In this document: positions 46,678 to 55,724 of the stretch, piece after piece | Layout: every line of letters begins with the position of its first letter | Numbering within the stretch: the stretch's first letter is position 1 | Origin: an uncultured bacterium | GTDB taxonomy: Bacteria > Armatimonadota > HRBIN16 | Direction: 5' to 3' | NCBI GenBank assembly: GCA_964650005.1 | Contig: CAZYPZ010000002.1 | Span: forward strand, 138,286-202,285 | Length of the DNA stretch: 64,000 bases | Made by a program: the position numbers and the translations under genes | The notes under the pieces: model-generated | Seen by the model: the letters and a program-made list of their open reading frames with translations, nothing else | The model's database searches: none | What the model was told of the DNA's origin: nothing

Positions 46678-47431
46678 CGTGTATGATCTCCTGGGCAAAT
46701 TCCCTGTAGGCCTCGGCGCCCCGCGACCGCGGGTCATACAGCAGAACCGGCTGGCCGTAGCTGGGAGCTTCACTCAATCGGATATTGCGGGGGATAACCA
46801 CCGAGGAGACCACATCGGGAAAGAACCGACGGACCTCCTCTTCGACCTGAGCGGACAGTCGTACGCGGGGGTCACGCATGGTCAGCAGTACGCGCGCGAT
46901 GGTGATCGACGGGTTGATGCTGCGCCGCACCAGGTCAAGCGTCTGCACGAGCTGACTGATGCCCTCCAGCGCGTAGTACTCGCACTGGATTGGCACGATC
47001 ACCTGATCGCATGCGGCCAGCGTGTTGATGGTCAACAGTCCCAACGATGGCGGGCTATCGATAAAAATGTATTGATAGCGATCCCGAACCGGGGAGAGCG
47101 CGCGTTGCAGCGCATATTCACGGCTGAGGCGCGCCATCAGCTCCAACTCGGCTCCGGCCAAGTCTATCGATGCGGGTGACAGTGACAGTCCGCCGATCTC
47201 CGAGCGTACGATAATCTCATCCAATGGCCGTTCGTCCACCAGGGCGTCATATGTGCTTCCTGCCAGCCGCTGCTTGTCGATGCCCAACCCGCTGGTGGCG
47301 TTTCCTTGGGGATCCATGTCCACCAGCAGCACACTTCGACCTTCCAGCGCCAACGCCGCGGCCAGATTCACCGCGGTGGTGGTTTTCCCCACGCCGCCTT
47401 TCTGGTTGACAATCCCCAGAACCCGTCCCAT
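46655..47431 (-). CDS. parA: ParA/Soj ATPase
   Basis: NQKGGVGKTTT, DMDPQGNAT, IDSPPSLGLLT, PIQCEYYALEG, IPRNIRLSEAPSYG; GAGGAG RBS before ATG 47431. Confidence 0.96.
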   Translation of the reverse strand: MGRVLGIVNQKGGVGKTTTAVNLAAALALEGRSVLLVDMDPQGNATSGLGIDKQRLAGSTYDALVDERPLDEIIVRSEIGGLSLSPASIDLAGAELELMARLSREYALQRALSPVRDRYQYIFIDSPPSLGLLTINTLAACDQVIVPIQCEYYALEGISQLVQTLDLVRRSINPSITIARVLLTMRDPRVRLSAQVEEEVRRFFPDVVSSVVIPRNIRLSEAPSYGQPVLLYDPRSRGAEAYREFAQEIIHDDETRTR

Positions 47432-47545
47432 GGCTGCTCCTCGTCGCGCGAAATCCGCTGCTTTCAGTGTGACGCATGCGTCAAAGGGATGCAACCGGCC
47501 ATCGAACTGTTCATAACAGAAGAGAAGCCTGTTTGTTGTCAATGC

Positions 47546-47593
47546 TTGATAACAGGATCGTATGTGGTGTACTGTACCAACTGGTAATACCAG
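47546..47593 (+). promoter_or_regulatory. Promoter and GntR-type operator palindromes in front of the GntR gene
   Basis: TTGATA (47546)-18-TACTGT (47570); TACCA-ac-TGGTA (47575-47586); CTGGTA-a-TACCAG (47581-47593), abutting the ATG. Confidence 0.65.
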
Positions 47594-48762
47594 ATGAAGA
47601 CACTGTCGTCCTTGCATCGGGTCGCACGGGCGATCCTCCAACAGGTGATTCGGGCGGACGGGCTTGCCCCGGGCGCGCGGTTGCCGTCGGTACGTGTGTT
47701 GGAGCAGCAGCTGGGGACGTCCCGCACGACAATCGTGCATGCGCTCAGCCTGTTGGAGGCGCAAGGAGTGATCGTGCGCCGTCAACGCTCCGGGTGTTAT
47801 GTCGTCGATCCGTACAGCGCCGGTGATGCGACGGTCGCCGGCACGGGATTGGCGGTGGGGTTTGCCGCCTGTGATCTGGGGCATCGAACCGAACTGGTAT
47901 GGCGTTGCCTTCAGGGGGCGGCGCATGCAGCCGAACAGCTGGGAGCGCATCTAGTGGCGGTCGATACCGGTGGAACCCCCGTCGGTGAGCGGCAGGCGTT
48001 GCTCCGACTGGAAGACGCCGGCGTCGACGGCATCGTGCTGTTCCCCTCTCCACGTCCCCCGGATGCACCAGTCGATCCGGCGTGGACCGCCGTGTCGCAA
48101 CGGCTGCCGCTGGTGTTGCTGGCTCAACCGGTGCCGGCTTACGCGGGGCCGCAGGTGGTGATGGACCACACGCGGGCGGGAATGGATCTGGCGGAACACC
48201 TGTTGGCGTCCGGACACCGGCGTATCGCCTGCCTGACGCTGGATCTGCCGGGCATCGGACCGGTTCAGCCCGTCGAGCGACGGCTTACAGGCGTTCAGCG
48301 TGTGCTGGCGGCAGCCGGATGCGCTATCCGTAAAGGGGACTTTTGCGCGTTGCGCTCGCTCGACCCGGCAGAAGCCATGCCTCGCATCACCGAAGCATTG
48401 CAGTTTGGATGCAGCAGCGCACCCCGCCTTCGGCGCTGATCGCCGTCGAAGACGTGACAGCGGTCTGCGCGGTGCAGGCGGCGCGCGCCCTGGGCCTCGA
48501 TGTGCCCGATCAGCTGCTGGTGTGCGGGTTCGACGGTTCATCCGCTGCGGACCTGATCGATCCTCCCATTCCGTCCACCCGTCCTGACTTTGCGGCCGCT
48601 GGCGCCCTCGCGGTGCGGATCGCCCTGTCCGCGTCGCCGTCCGATCGCGCGGCCATCACCCACACGCTTCCCGAGCCTCTCTACTGGCCCGAAGGCGCGG
48701 GCAGACATCTCGACATCTCTCCCCGAACAGGAGACCGACAGACACAAAGGAGCACGCCATGA
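47594..48762 (+). pseudogene. GntR-HTH plus LacI-type sugar-binding-domain regulator (AraR-like), frameshifted
   Basis: GARLPSVRVL...SRTTIVHAL...GCYV helix-turn-helix, then a periplasmic-binding-protein-like domain that continues in another frame (WMQQRTPPSALIAVED...LLVCGFDG...IPST) from about 48405. Confidence 0.85.
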
Positions 48763-49898
48763 TCACGCCGCTGGAGCGGTTTCGCGCCTGTATGGAGTAC
48801 GAATCATCCGATCGACGGCCGAACCATGAGTTGGGTGTTTGGCCGCAGACCTACAGCCGATGGCAGATTGAAGCGCCCGATGCGGTGCGGTGTTTCACGT
48901 GGAACTGGTTCCATAACGAACCGGGCATCGATCTCGACCCCCGGGAGTATATTCCGGTTCATTATGGTTTCATTCCCCCCTTCCCCTTCGAGATGCTCGA
49001 GGAAACCGATGCCTATGAGATCTTTCGCGACGGACTGGGCATCGTACACAAGGCGTTGAAAGCGGGTACGGTCGCCGGCGGGCGCATGTGTATGGACCAA
49101 TACCTGGACCACCCGGTGACGGACCGGGCGAGCTTCGAGGCGATCAAGACCCGACTGGTGGCCGCCTTGCCTGAGCGCTACCCGGCCGACCTGGATCAGC
49201 GCATGGCGCGATGGGCAGAGCGCGACTGCCCGCTGGTGTTGGGAGAGAACTGCGCAGCCAATGGTTTCTACTGGCGTGCGCGCGAATTTATGGGCACCGA
49301 AAATCTTTCGATGGCCTGGTATGACGAGCCGGAGATGATGCATGACATGATGGAGTTCATCGCGGACTTTCTGATCGAGACCAGTCGGCCGGTATTGGAC
49401 CGTGTGCCCATCGACTATTTCACCTTCAACGAGGATCTTGCCGCCAAGGGCGGTCCGCTTCTGGGACCGCATACCTTCCGCGAGTTCATCCTGCCTCAGA
49501 TGAGCCGTGTCGTTCGGTTCCTGAAAGAACACGGTGTACGCTGGGTTGCGTTGGATTCGGACGGCGACCCCACAGTGTTGGTGCCGCTCTTTCTGGAGGC
49601 CGGTATCGATATCATCTGGCCCATCGAGCGCGCCTCCGGTGTGAGTCCCATGGAATGGCGCCGTCAATTCGGCCGCGACCTCCGGTTATGGGGTGGCGTC
49701 GACAAACGTGAGATCGCCAAAGGTCCGCAGGCCATCCGTGCGCATCTGCTGGAGATGGCGCCGTTGATCGAGGAGGGCGGTTTCATTCCGACCGTCGACC
49801 ACACGGTGTCGCCCGAGATCTCCTGGGATAATTTCCGGTATTACATGGACGCCAAGATGGACCTTCTGAGTGGAAGGTTCAATCGGCTCGAGTCGTAG
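48759..49898 (+). CDS. Uroporphyrinogen-decarboxylase-like (URO-D/MtaA superfamily) protein of unknown function
   Basis: LERFRACM, DSDG, PIERASG, LWGGVDK, GGFIPTVDH; ATGA overlap with the regulator. Confidence 0.8.
   Translation: MITPLERFRACMEYESSDRRPNHELGVWPQTYSRWQIEAPDAVRCFTWNWFHNEPGIDLDPREYIPVHYGFIPPFPFEMLEETDAYEIFRDGLGIVHKALKAGTVAGGRMCMDQYLDHPVTDRASFEAIKTRLVAALPERYPADLDQRMARWAERDCPLVLGENCAANGFYWRAREFMGTENLSMAWYDEPEMMHDMMEFIADFLIETSRPVLDRVPIDYFTFNEDLAAKGGPLLGPHTFREFILPQMSRVVRFLKEHGVRWVALDSDGDPTVLVPLFLEAGIDIIWPIERASGVSPMEWRRQFGRDLRLWGGVDKREIAKGPQAIRAHLLEMAPLIEEGGFIPTVDHTVSPEISWDNFRYYMDAKMDLLSGRFNRLES
48891..48906. promoter_or_regulatory. parS: Second parS-like site
   Basis: TGTTTCACGTGGAACT; the core matches the TGTT(T/C)CACGTG(A/G)AACA consensus except at the last base; inside the URO-D-like gene. 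Confidence 0.65.
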
Positions 49899-50004
49899 TA
49901 CGGCGTTTGGGCAGGTGTGCAGGAAACCGTATCGCGATGATGAAACTAAGCGATGGGTGCATGTGTCACCATGTATTGGTATCTTCGCGGGGAGGGTCTG
50001 ATCG

Positions 50005-51681
50005 ATGGCGCGACCGGCGCGTAAACGGTTCTGGCGGATAGGATGCCTCATCCTGGCAGTGATTGTGCTCGCTGGCGGTGGTGCGGGGTGGTGGTTCTTC
50101 ATGCGTCCCAAACCCAAACCCGAGAAAACCTACACGGTGAAGAAAGGCTCCATTGCGGTTAGTGTGCGCGAGTCGGGCTTTTTGGAGCCCTACAGTAAGG
50201 TGGAGATCAAGAGCAAGGCGGCCGGTCGGATCTTGAAACTCACACTGGAGGCGGGCGATCGGGTGAAAACCGGACAGCTGATCGCCCAAGTGGATAGTGT
50301 CGAGACAGAGAGCTCGGTGGGTATGGTGCGCAACCAGGTGCGCGCGGCGGAATCCCGTGCCCGGGTTGGCAATATGACCGCCAATCTTCAGCGTGTCGAG
50401 TCCCCGGTGACGCGGGAGCAGGCGCACCTCGCGTACCGACAGAGTCTGTTACGGGTTCAGCAGTTGCGCCGCGATATCGAGACGCAACCCGCTTTGACGG
50501 CGGCCAGCCTGGCGCAGGCCGAGTCGGCCGCGGTCAATGCCCGGACTCAACTGGAGACGCTGACCGAAGTGACGCATCCGGCGGCGCGGATCGAGGCGGA
50601 GGGGGCCGTACGGGATGCACAAACCGCCCGAACGGAGGCCGCCAACCAAGCTGCACGCGCAGCGTCTCTATTTCAGAAGGGTTTTTATTCACAACGTGAC
50701 GTGGACGCTGCGCAGACGGCCCTGAGCGCCGCGGACAACCGGCTGAAACAGGCTCAACAGCGGCTGAATACACTGAATACCCAGCAAGCCGCCGAGCGAC
50801 GCACGGCTGAGACGCGTCTGCGGGAGGCCGAGGCCACACTGGCCCAGGCGAAGGCGCTGGCCGAACGCGACGCGCTCAAGAGGCTCGAGCTGGACCGCGA
50901 GCTGGCGGTGCTGCGTGACGCCGAACTACGGGTCAAATTGGCGCAGAACAACATGGCGCAGATACCGATCCGTCAGGAACAGGCGCTGCAGTTTCAGGCG
51001 GATGCCGCGGCGTCCCGCAGTCAGTTGAAAGAGGCTTTGAACCGGCTGTCGGAGACCACGATCCGCGCACCCATGGATGGTGTGATCACGCAACGTTACA
51101 TCGAGTCGGGCGAGTTGGTGACATCCGCGACGGCCGGTGTGACGGGAGGCACCCCGCTGGTGCAGATTGCAGATCTGTCCCGGATGAAGATCCGCCTGCA
51201 GTTGAACGAGGTGGATACCGCGCGCATCTTGCCCGGTCTGCCGGTAGAGGTACGGTTGGATGCCGTGCCAAACGCGCTGTTCCGCGGCGTCATTCGCAAG
51301 GTGGCTCCGGCTTCGCTGCCAGTCGACCAGACCGGCGGCGTGGTGAAGTTTACCATCGAAGTGGTAATCGACCATCCGGACAAGCGCATGAAACCGGGCA
51401 TGAGCGCCAAGTGTCGCATCCTGGTGGATGAGCGCAAGAACACGCTGGTGCTTCCGCTGGAGGCGGTGACACTGAAAGGTGCCGACAAGGCGGAGGTGCT
51501 GCTGGTCACCCGTCCCGCGCAAGGCAAGACACCGGCGCAGGTCGACAAGAAGACCGTGCGCATCGGTTTGCGTAATGACACCGAGGTGGAGATCCTCAGC
51601 GGGCTGAAGGCAGGCCAGATGGTGCAGCGCCCGAAATTCACCGGACCGGCGATGCGCCAGTTCGATATCGGACCCGAATGA
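50005..51681 (+). CDS. MacA/HlyD-like membrane-fusion protein with extended coiled coil
   Basis: N-terminal TM helix; VEIKSKAAGRI..LEAGDRVKTGQL; TIRAPMDGV; MKPGMSA; 558 aa. Confidence 0.85.
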   Translation: MARPARKRFWRIGCLILAVIVLAGGGAGWWFFMRPKPKPEKTYTVKKGSIAVSVRESGFLEPYSKVEIKSKAAGRILKLTLEAGDRVKTGQLIAQVDSVETESSVGMVRNQVRAAESRARVGNMTANLQRVESPVTREQAHLAYRQSLLRVQQLRRDIETQPALTAASLAQAESAAVNARTQLETLTEVTHPAARIEAEGAVRDAQTARTEAANQAARAASLFQKGFYSQRDVDAAQTALSAADNRLKQAQQRLNTLNTQQAAERRTAETRLREAEATLAQAKALAERDALKRLELDRELAVLRDAELRVKLAQNNMAQIPIRQEQALQFQADAAASRSQLKEALNRLSETTIRAPMDGVITQRYIESGELVTSATAGVTGGTPLVQIADLSRMKIRLQLNEVDTARILPGLPVEVRLDAVPNALFRGVIRKVAPASLPVDQTGGVVKFTIEVVIDHPDKRMKPGMSAKCRILVDERKNTLVLPLEAVTLKGADKAEVLLVTRPAQGKTPAQVDKKTVRIGLRNDTEVEILSGLKAGQMVQRPKFTGPAMRQFDIGPE

Positions 51682-51682
51682 G

Positions 51683-52912
51683 ATGAGCTGGCTCGATTCC
51701 GTACTGACCGCGCTGGACAATCTGCATCGGCATAAGCTGCGGTCGTTGCTGACCATGCTGGGCGTGATAATCGGGGTTGCCGCGGTGATCCTGATGGTCT
51801 CGTTGGTGGAGGGCGCGCGCGCGAATGTCGTGGCGGAGTTTCAGCGATTGGGAAGCAGTCTGATCCTGGTGGCGTTCGATCCGGGGAAGCTGGAACAGGG
51901 ACAGACCCGAGGATCGGTGGAAGGGCTTACGATGGACGACGCCCGCGCGATCGAGACGTATTGCCCCTCTGTAAAACGCGTGGGGGCGCAACTGGATGCC
52001 GGGACGATGAAGGCATCCAGAGGCAAGAAGAGTCTGGACATCACCTTGAAGGGCGTGCAGCCTATGGCGCTGCATCTGCACAACCTGGTGGTGGAGCGCG
52101 GACGCTATATCGAGGACGCCGACGTGGACGTCTGGGCCAAAGTCGCCGTGGTTGGCCCGGAGGTGGTGGACCGGCTGTTCGGCAAAACCAACCCGATTGG
52201 TCAGCAGCTGACGATCGCCAATGTGGAGATCACGATCATCGGCGTGATGGAGCGCAAAGGGCGCGGCATGGGAGGCAATGCGGATATCGAGGTGCATGTG
52301 CCGATCACCTCGCTGCATAAGCGGTTCATTGGTCGGGAGCTGGTATCGGTGATCTTCGCCCAGCCAGTGTCGAACGACAAGACCGATGCGGCCATGAATG
52401 AGATCTGGCAGCTGCTGATGCGCCGCAGCAACAATGTGCCGTTGTATCGGGTGGACAGTCAGGAGCGTATCTTGGGATCGATCGGGCGCGTGCTGAGCAT
52501 CTTCGGGCTGGTGGTGGGCGCGGTGGCCGGATTGTCGCTGCTGGTGGGCGGCATCGGCATCATGAACATCATGCTGGTCACGGTAACCGAACGCACGCGG
52601 GAGATCGGGTTGCGGAAAGCGGTGGGGGCGCGCAACCGCGATGTGCTGTGGCAGTTCCTGATCGAGTCCATGACCATATCCGGATTGGGCGGGTTGATCG
52701 GTGTCGGGATAGGATGGGCAGGCAGCCTGCTGATTGGCGCGGTCACCAAAGCCGCCGGACTGTTCGGGGGCAATGGCTTGCCCACGCACCTGCCTGTCTG
52801 GGCCGCGGTGGGAGGCTTCGTGTTCGCCGCCGTGGTGGGCATCGGTTTCGGTCTGTACCCGGCATTATCGGCCTCTCGGCTCAACCCGATCCAGGCGTTG
52901 CGCAGCGAGTAG
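51683..52912 (+). CDS. MacB/FtsX-like ABC transporter permease
   Basis: KLRSLLTMLGVIIGVAAV, LLVGGIGIMNIMLVTVTERTREIGLRKAVGA, GLYPA..ASRLNPIQALRSE. Confidence 0.92.
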   Translation: MSWLDSVLTALDNLHRHKLRSLLTMLGVIIGVAAVILMVSLVEGARANVVAEFQRLGSSLILVAFDPGKLEQGQTRGSVEGLTMDDARAIETYCPSVKRVGAQLDAGTMKASRGKKSLDITLKGVQPMALHLHNLVVERGRYIEDADVDVWAKVAVVGPEVVDRLFGKTNPIGQQLTIANVEITIIGVMERKGRGMGGNADIEVHVPITSLHKRFIGRELVSVIFAQPVSNDKTDAAMNEIWQLLMRRSNNVPLYRVDSQERILGSIGRVLSIFGLVVGAVAGLSLLVGGIGIMNIMLVTVTERTREIGLRKAVGARNRDVLWQFLIESMTISGLGGLIGVGIGWAGSLLIGAVTKAAGLFGGNGLPTHLPVWAAVGGFVFAAVVGIGFGLYPALSASRLNPIQALRSE

Positions 52913-53202
52913 ATCAAGCGGTGGTTCCGGGACGCATCGCGAAGATGCGCCCCGGCGTCCCGGCTGTCGGTTAGTCTCCTTGCACGCCGAAAACGGTGTC
53001 AATCACCTGAAGGTTGCCGCCAGTGTGGCAACCGAGGGCGCCATCAGATGAGCATACATTCACATCTCTTTATGGGGTGCGTGTCGTTTTCAGAGGTGAC
53101 GGCGACCTGCGGATTGGCCTGGTCCGGAAGGTGGCGAATATGTTGCAGGGATAAATGATCGAGTGTGTTCTATCAACCCATCACCGGCAGGAGCGCTACA
53201 GT

Positions 53203-55308
53203 ATGAAATCTCACAACGCAACGAACCAGCCGCTGTCCTCAACCTGTTTCAGGTACCCACCCGCCGAGCATCGGGTGATCCAATACAGTGGCCATGACGG
53301 GTCGGTATTGCCGGTCGATCGGATGCGGGAATGGGGCATCGGCGGAGTGATGCTTTTTCACAGCAGCGCCGATTACCTGAACAACGAGCAGTCGTGGACA
53401 CATATGCGCCAGACCATGGAGTTGGCGCGCTCCGCCGGAATGCAGGTGTGGGTGGCGGATGACAACGGCTATCCCAGCGGACAGGCCGGCGGGCGCGTCG
53501 TGGAGATTGACCCTGCGTTCGAACTGCGCGGATTACGGCAGATCTGCCGGATGGGTGAAGGTCGCTCACCGGTACAGATCGATCTGCCGCATGGTGCGGA
53601 CCGGTTTGTCGCGGCGTGTCTGTACCCTATGCCGGGTGATGCGCCCGATGTGGCCCGTGGACGTGTACTGGCCGTGTCTCCTAAGGCGGTGAGCACACAA
53701 GGACTGCAGGGTCGCTGGATGGTGTGTGCCTGGGTCACGGAGATCATCCGCGAGGGCACACAGTCCGAATCGACCATGCAGCAGTTTCGGACGAACGGCC
53801 GGTACCCCAACCTGTTGAACGCGCAGGCCATGGAGACGTTCGTGCGTCTGACGCATGAAGCGTTCGCTCGGCGCTTCGGGCGGCTGAGCGATCTGATGGA
53901 CCTGTTCTATACCAATGAACCCAACCTGATGACCCTATGGTTCCATCACCGACCGGGAGAGCGCCCGAACGGCTTGGTGTACGTTCCATGGGATGTCTCG
54001 CTGCCATCACGCTTTCGTCGGATTCACGGATATGACCTGATACCCAGACTGCCCCATCTTTATACGGGCGCAAGCGATGAAGCCCGCCTGACACGGCGGC
54101 ACTTCTATGAGACCATAGGCGCCCTATTTGCCGAGAACTACACGCGCCGCATCGCCCGATGGTGTGAGCGGCACGGCATCCGGTCGGGGGGACATCTGTT
54201 GCTGGAGGAACGCATGTCGGCGCATGTCATCTGTAGCGGGAACTTTCTGCGGGTGATCTCCGAGCAGCATGTTCCCGGATGCGATGTGCCGATGCCCGAC
54301 GAAGGCGCGTATTGGAATGTGTGGATGCCGAAATACCTGAGCGCTGCGGCACAGTTGCGAGATCGCTCGTGCGTGTCGGCGCTGCTCGATCCCATTATCG
54401 ACCGCCAGACCCCCACCTTGAAGCCCTCGTTACGTGATCTGCAGCGTATCTGCAACATGGCCGCATGGGCAGGCGCCACGCAATTCTGTACCTATATCCA
54501 TTGGCACGCCTACACGCCCGAGGAATACCGGCAGTTCAATGCGCACATCGGCCGCCTTTCGCTTCTGTTGCGTGGTGCGCACAACGCGGCTCCTGTAGCG
54601 ATGTATTATCCGATAGAAAGTTTTCAGGCCGGATATATGCCTTCGGCCAAGATGTGGTCTGACTCCGCCTGGAACCATCTCGAGGCGGTGCTGATGCGCT
54701 CACAGCACGCGGTGGCCGATGCGTTGACCCAAGCAGGCCATGATTTTTGCATTCTGGATGGCGAGGGGGTCTGTGAAGGCGTGGTGCGCGATGGACTGCT
54801 GCAGGTGCGTCAACAGCGTTACGCCGTGGTGATCATGCCGCGTGTGGAGCTGTTGCCGTTGCGCGTGTTGCGCCAGCTGCAGCGGTTCCAACGCGCGGGC
54901 GGGCGGGTGTTTTGGGTAGACGGTCTGCCAGTAATGGGTGACTCGGTCAGAGAGCATGCTCAGATCCGCCGTGAACTGGCGAGGGAACAGGTGCTTACAG
55001 CTGACGAGGTGGTGCGGCAGCTGGACGAGCTGACACCGACCGACTTCGATGTACGGGTATCCCCTGTTGGCCACGGCGTGTTCATGGGGCGGTATCGCCG
55101 ACCAGATGGGCGGCTCACTTTTTTGGTAAACAACACGCCGGAAGCGGCTGAGCTGACGCTCACCGCTTCCGACGCGTCCGACGCGTCGATCCCCGTGCGG
55201 CTGTACGATCCTCAGAGTGGGAGCGTACACAGTTTTCCGTTGCCGCATCGATTTTCATTGGGCGCCTGGTGTGCAGTCGGCGTGCTGGAAGACGGGCCGG
55301 CGCGGTGA
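53203..55308 (+). CDS. Putative glycoside hydrolase (GH106 alpha-L-rhamnosidase-like architecture)
   Basis: VWVADDNGYPSGQAGG, FYTNEP, GGHLLLEE, PGCD, C-terminal glutamine-amidotransferase-like domain (YAVVIMP); no signal peptide. Confidence 0.55.
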   Translation: MKSHNATNQPLSSTCFRYPPAEHRVIQYSGHDGSVLPVDRMREWGIGGVMLFHSSADYLNNEQSWTHMRQTMELARSAGMQVWVADDNGYPSGQAGGRVVEIDPAFELRGLRQICRMGEGRSPVQIDLPHGADRFVAACLYPMPGDAPDVARGRVLAVSPKAVSTQGLQGRWMVCAWVTEIIREGTQSESTMQQFRTNGRYPNLLNAQAMETFVRLTHEAFARRFGRLSDLMDLFYTNEPNLMTLWFHHRPGERPNGLVYVPWDVSLPSRFRRIHGYDLIPRLPHLYTGASDEARLTRRHFYETIGALFAENYTRRIARWCERHGIRSGGHLLLEERMSAHVICSGNFLRVISEQHVPGCDVPMPDEGAYWNVWMPKYLSAAAQLRDRSCVSALLDPIIDRQTPTLKPSLRDLQRICNMAAWAGATQFCTYIHWHAYTPEEYRQFNAHIGRLSLLLRGAHNAAPVAMYYPIESFQAGYMPSAKMWSDSAWNHLEAVLMRSQHAVADALTQAGHDFCILDGEGVCEGVVRDGLLQVRQQRYAVVIMPRVELLPLRVLRQLQRFQRAGGRVFWVDGLPVMGDSVREHAQIRRELAREQVLTADEVVRQLDELTPTDFDVRVSPVGHGVFMGRYRRPDGRLTFLVNNTPEAAELTLTASDASDASIPVRLYDPQSGSVHSFPLPHRFSLGAWCAVGVLEDGPAR

Positions 55309-55724
55309 GAATGCGGAGGGGCTACCGAGCTAAAGCACGTTGCGTTTCCGGGATCGGGGGAGTAGAGGCGCCCGATGCTCTCGAATGCCTTATAGGCTAC
55401 GACCGCCTGCACCTCCCCTCCCGTCCTCTGGTGACGTGATCGATCTCAACACGTTACCTAAGGTGCGGGGATCGCTGTCCGAAGTCGACAGCATCTCCCC
55501 CTGGTGGTTCTTGAATACGTGCGCCCCTTCCCGCCAGTAGATGGCAGTTGCAAGATGCTCAATCGGATCGGATCTTGTGGCGGCAAAGCGCTCGACAGCA
55601 GCATGTCTGTAAGGAGACAGTCCGCATGCCGTGTGTCCATGACGCGGCATGAATATGCCGTGCCGGCGTCGAAATACAGCGGGATCATCGGCAAGTCACG
55701 GATGCCGGAACTAGGGAGGTAGCG

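Noticed and set aside
47432-47950. Long N-terminal extensions in the ORF track (parA 431 aa; also 21043.., 7419.., 41949.., 24602.., 12839..14362)
   Set aside because: They overlap neighbouring genes or promoters; RBS-supported downstream starts give family-typical lengths.
52927-52963. GC-rich inverted repeats after the MacB-like permease with two alternative pairings
   Set aside because: No U-tract and no gene positioned to be switched; at most a weak terminator or stability hairpin.
55361-55371. AGTAGAGGCGC, resembling the 5' end of a lysine riboswitch
   Set aside because: The downstream conserved elements (AGUA, AAAGG, GCCGAA spacing, closing GGAGCGCUAC) are not present.
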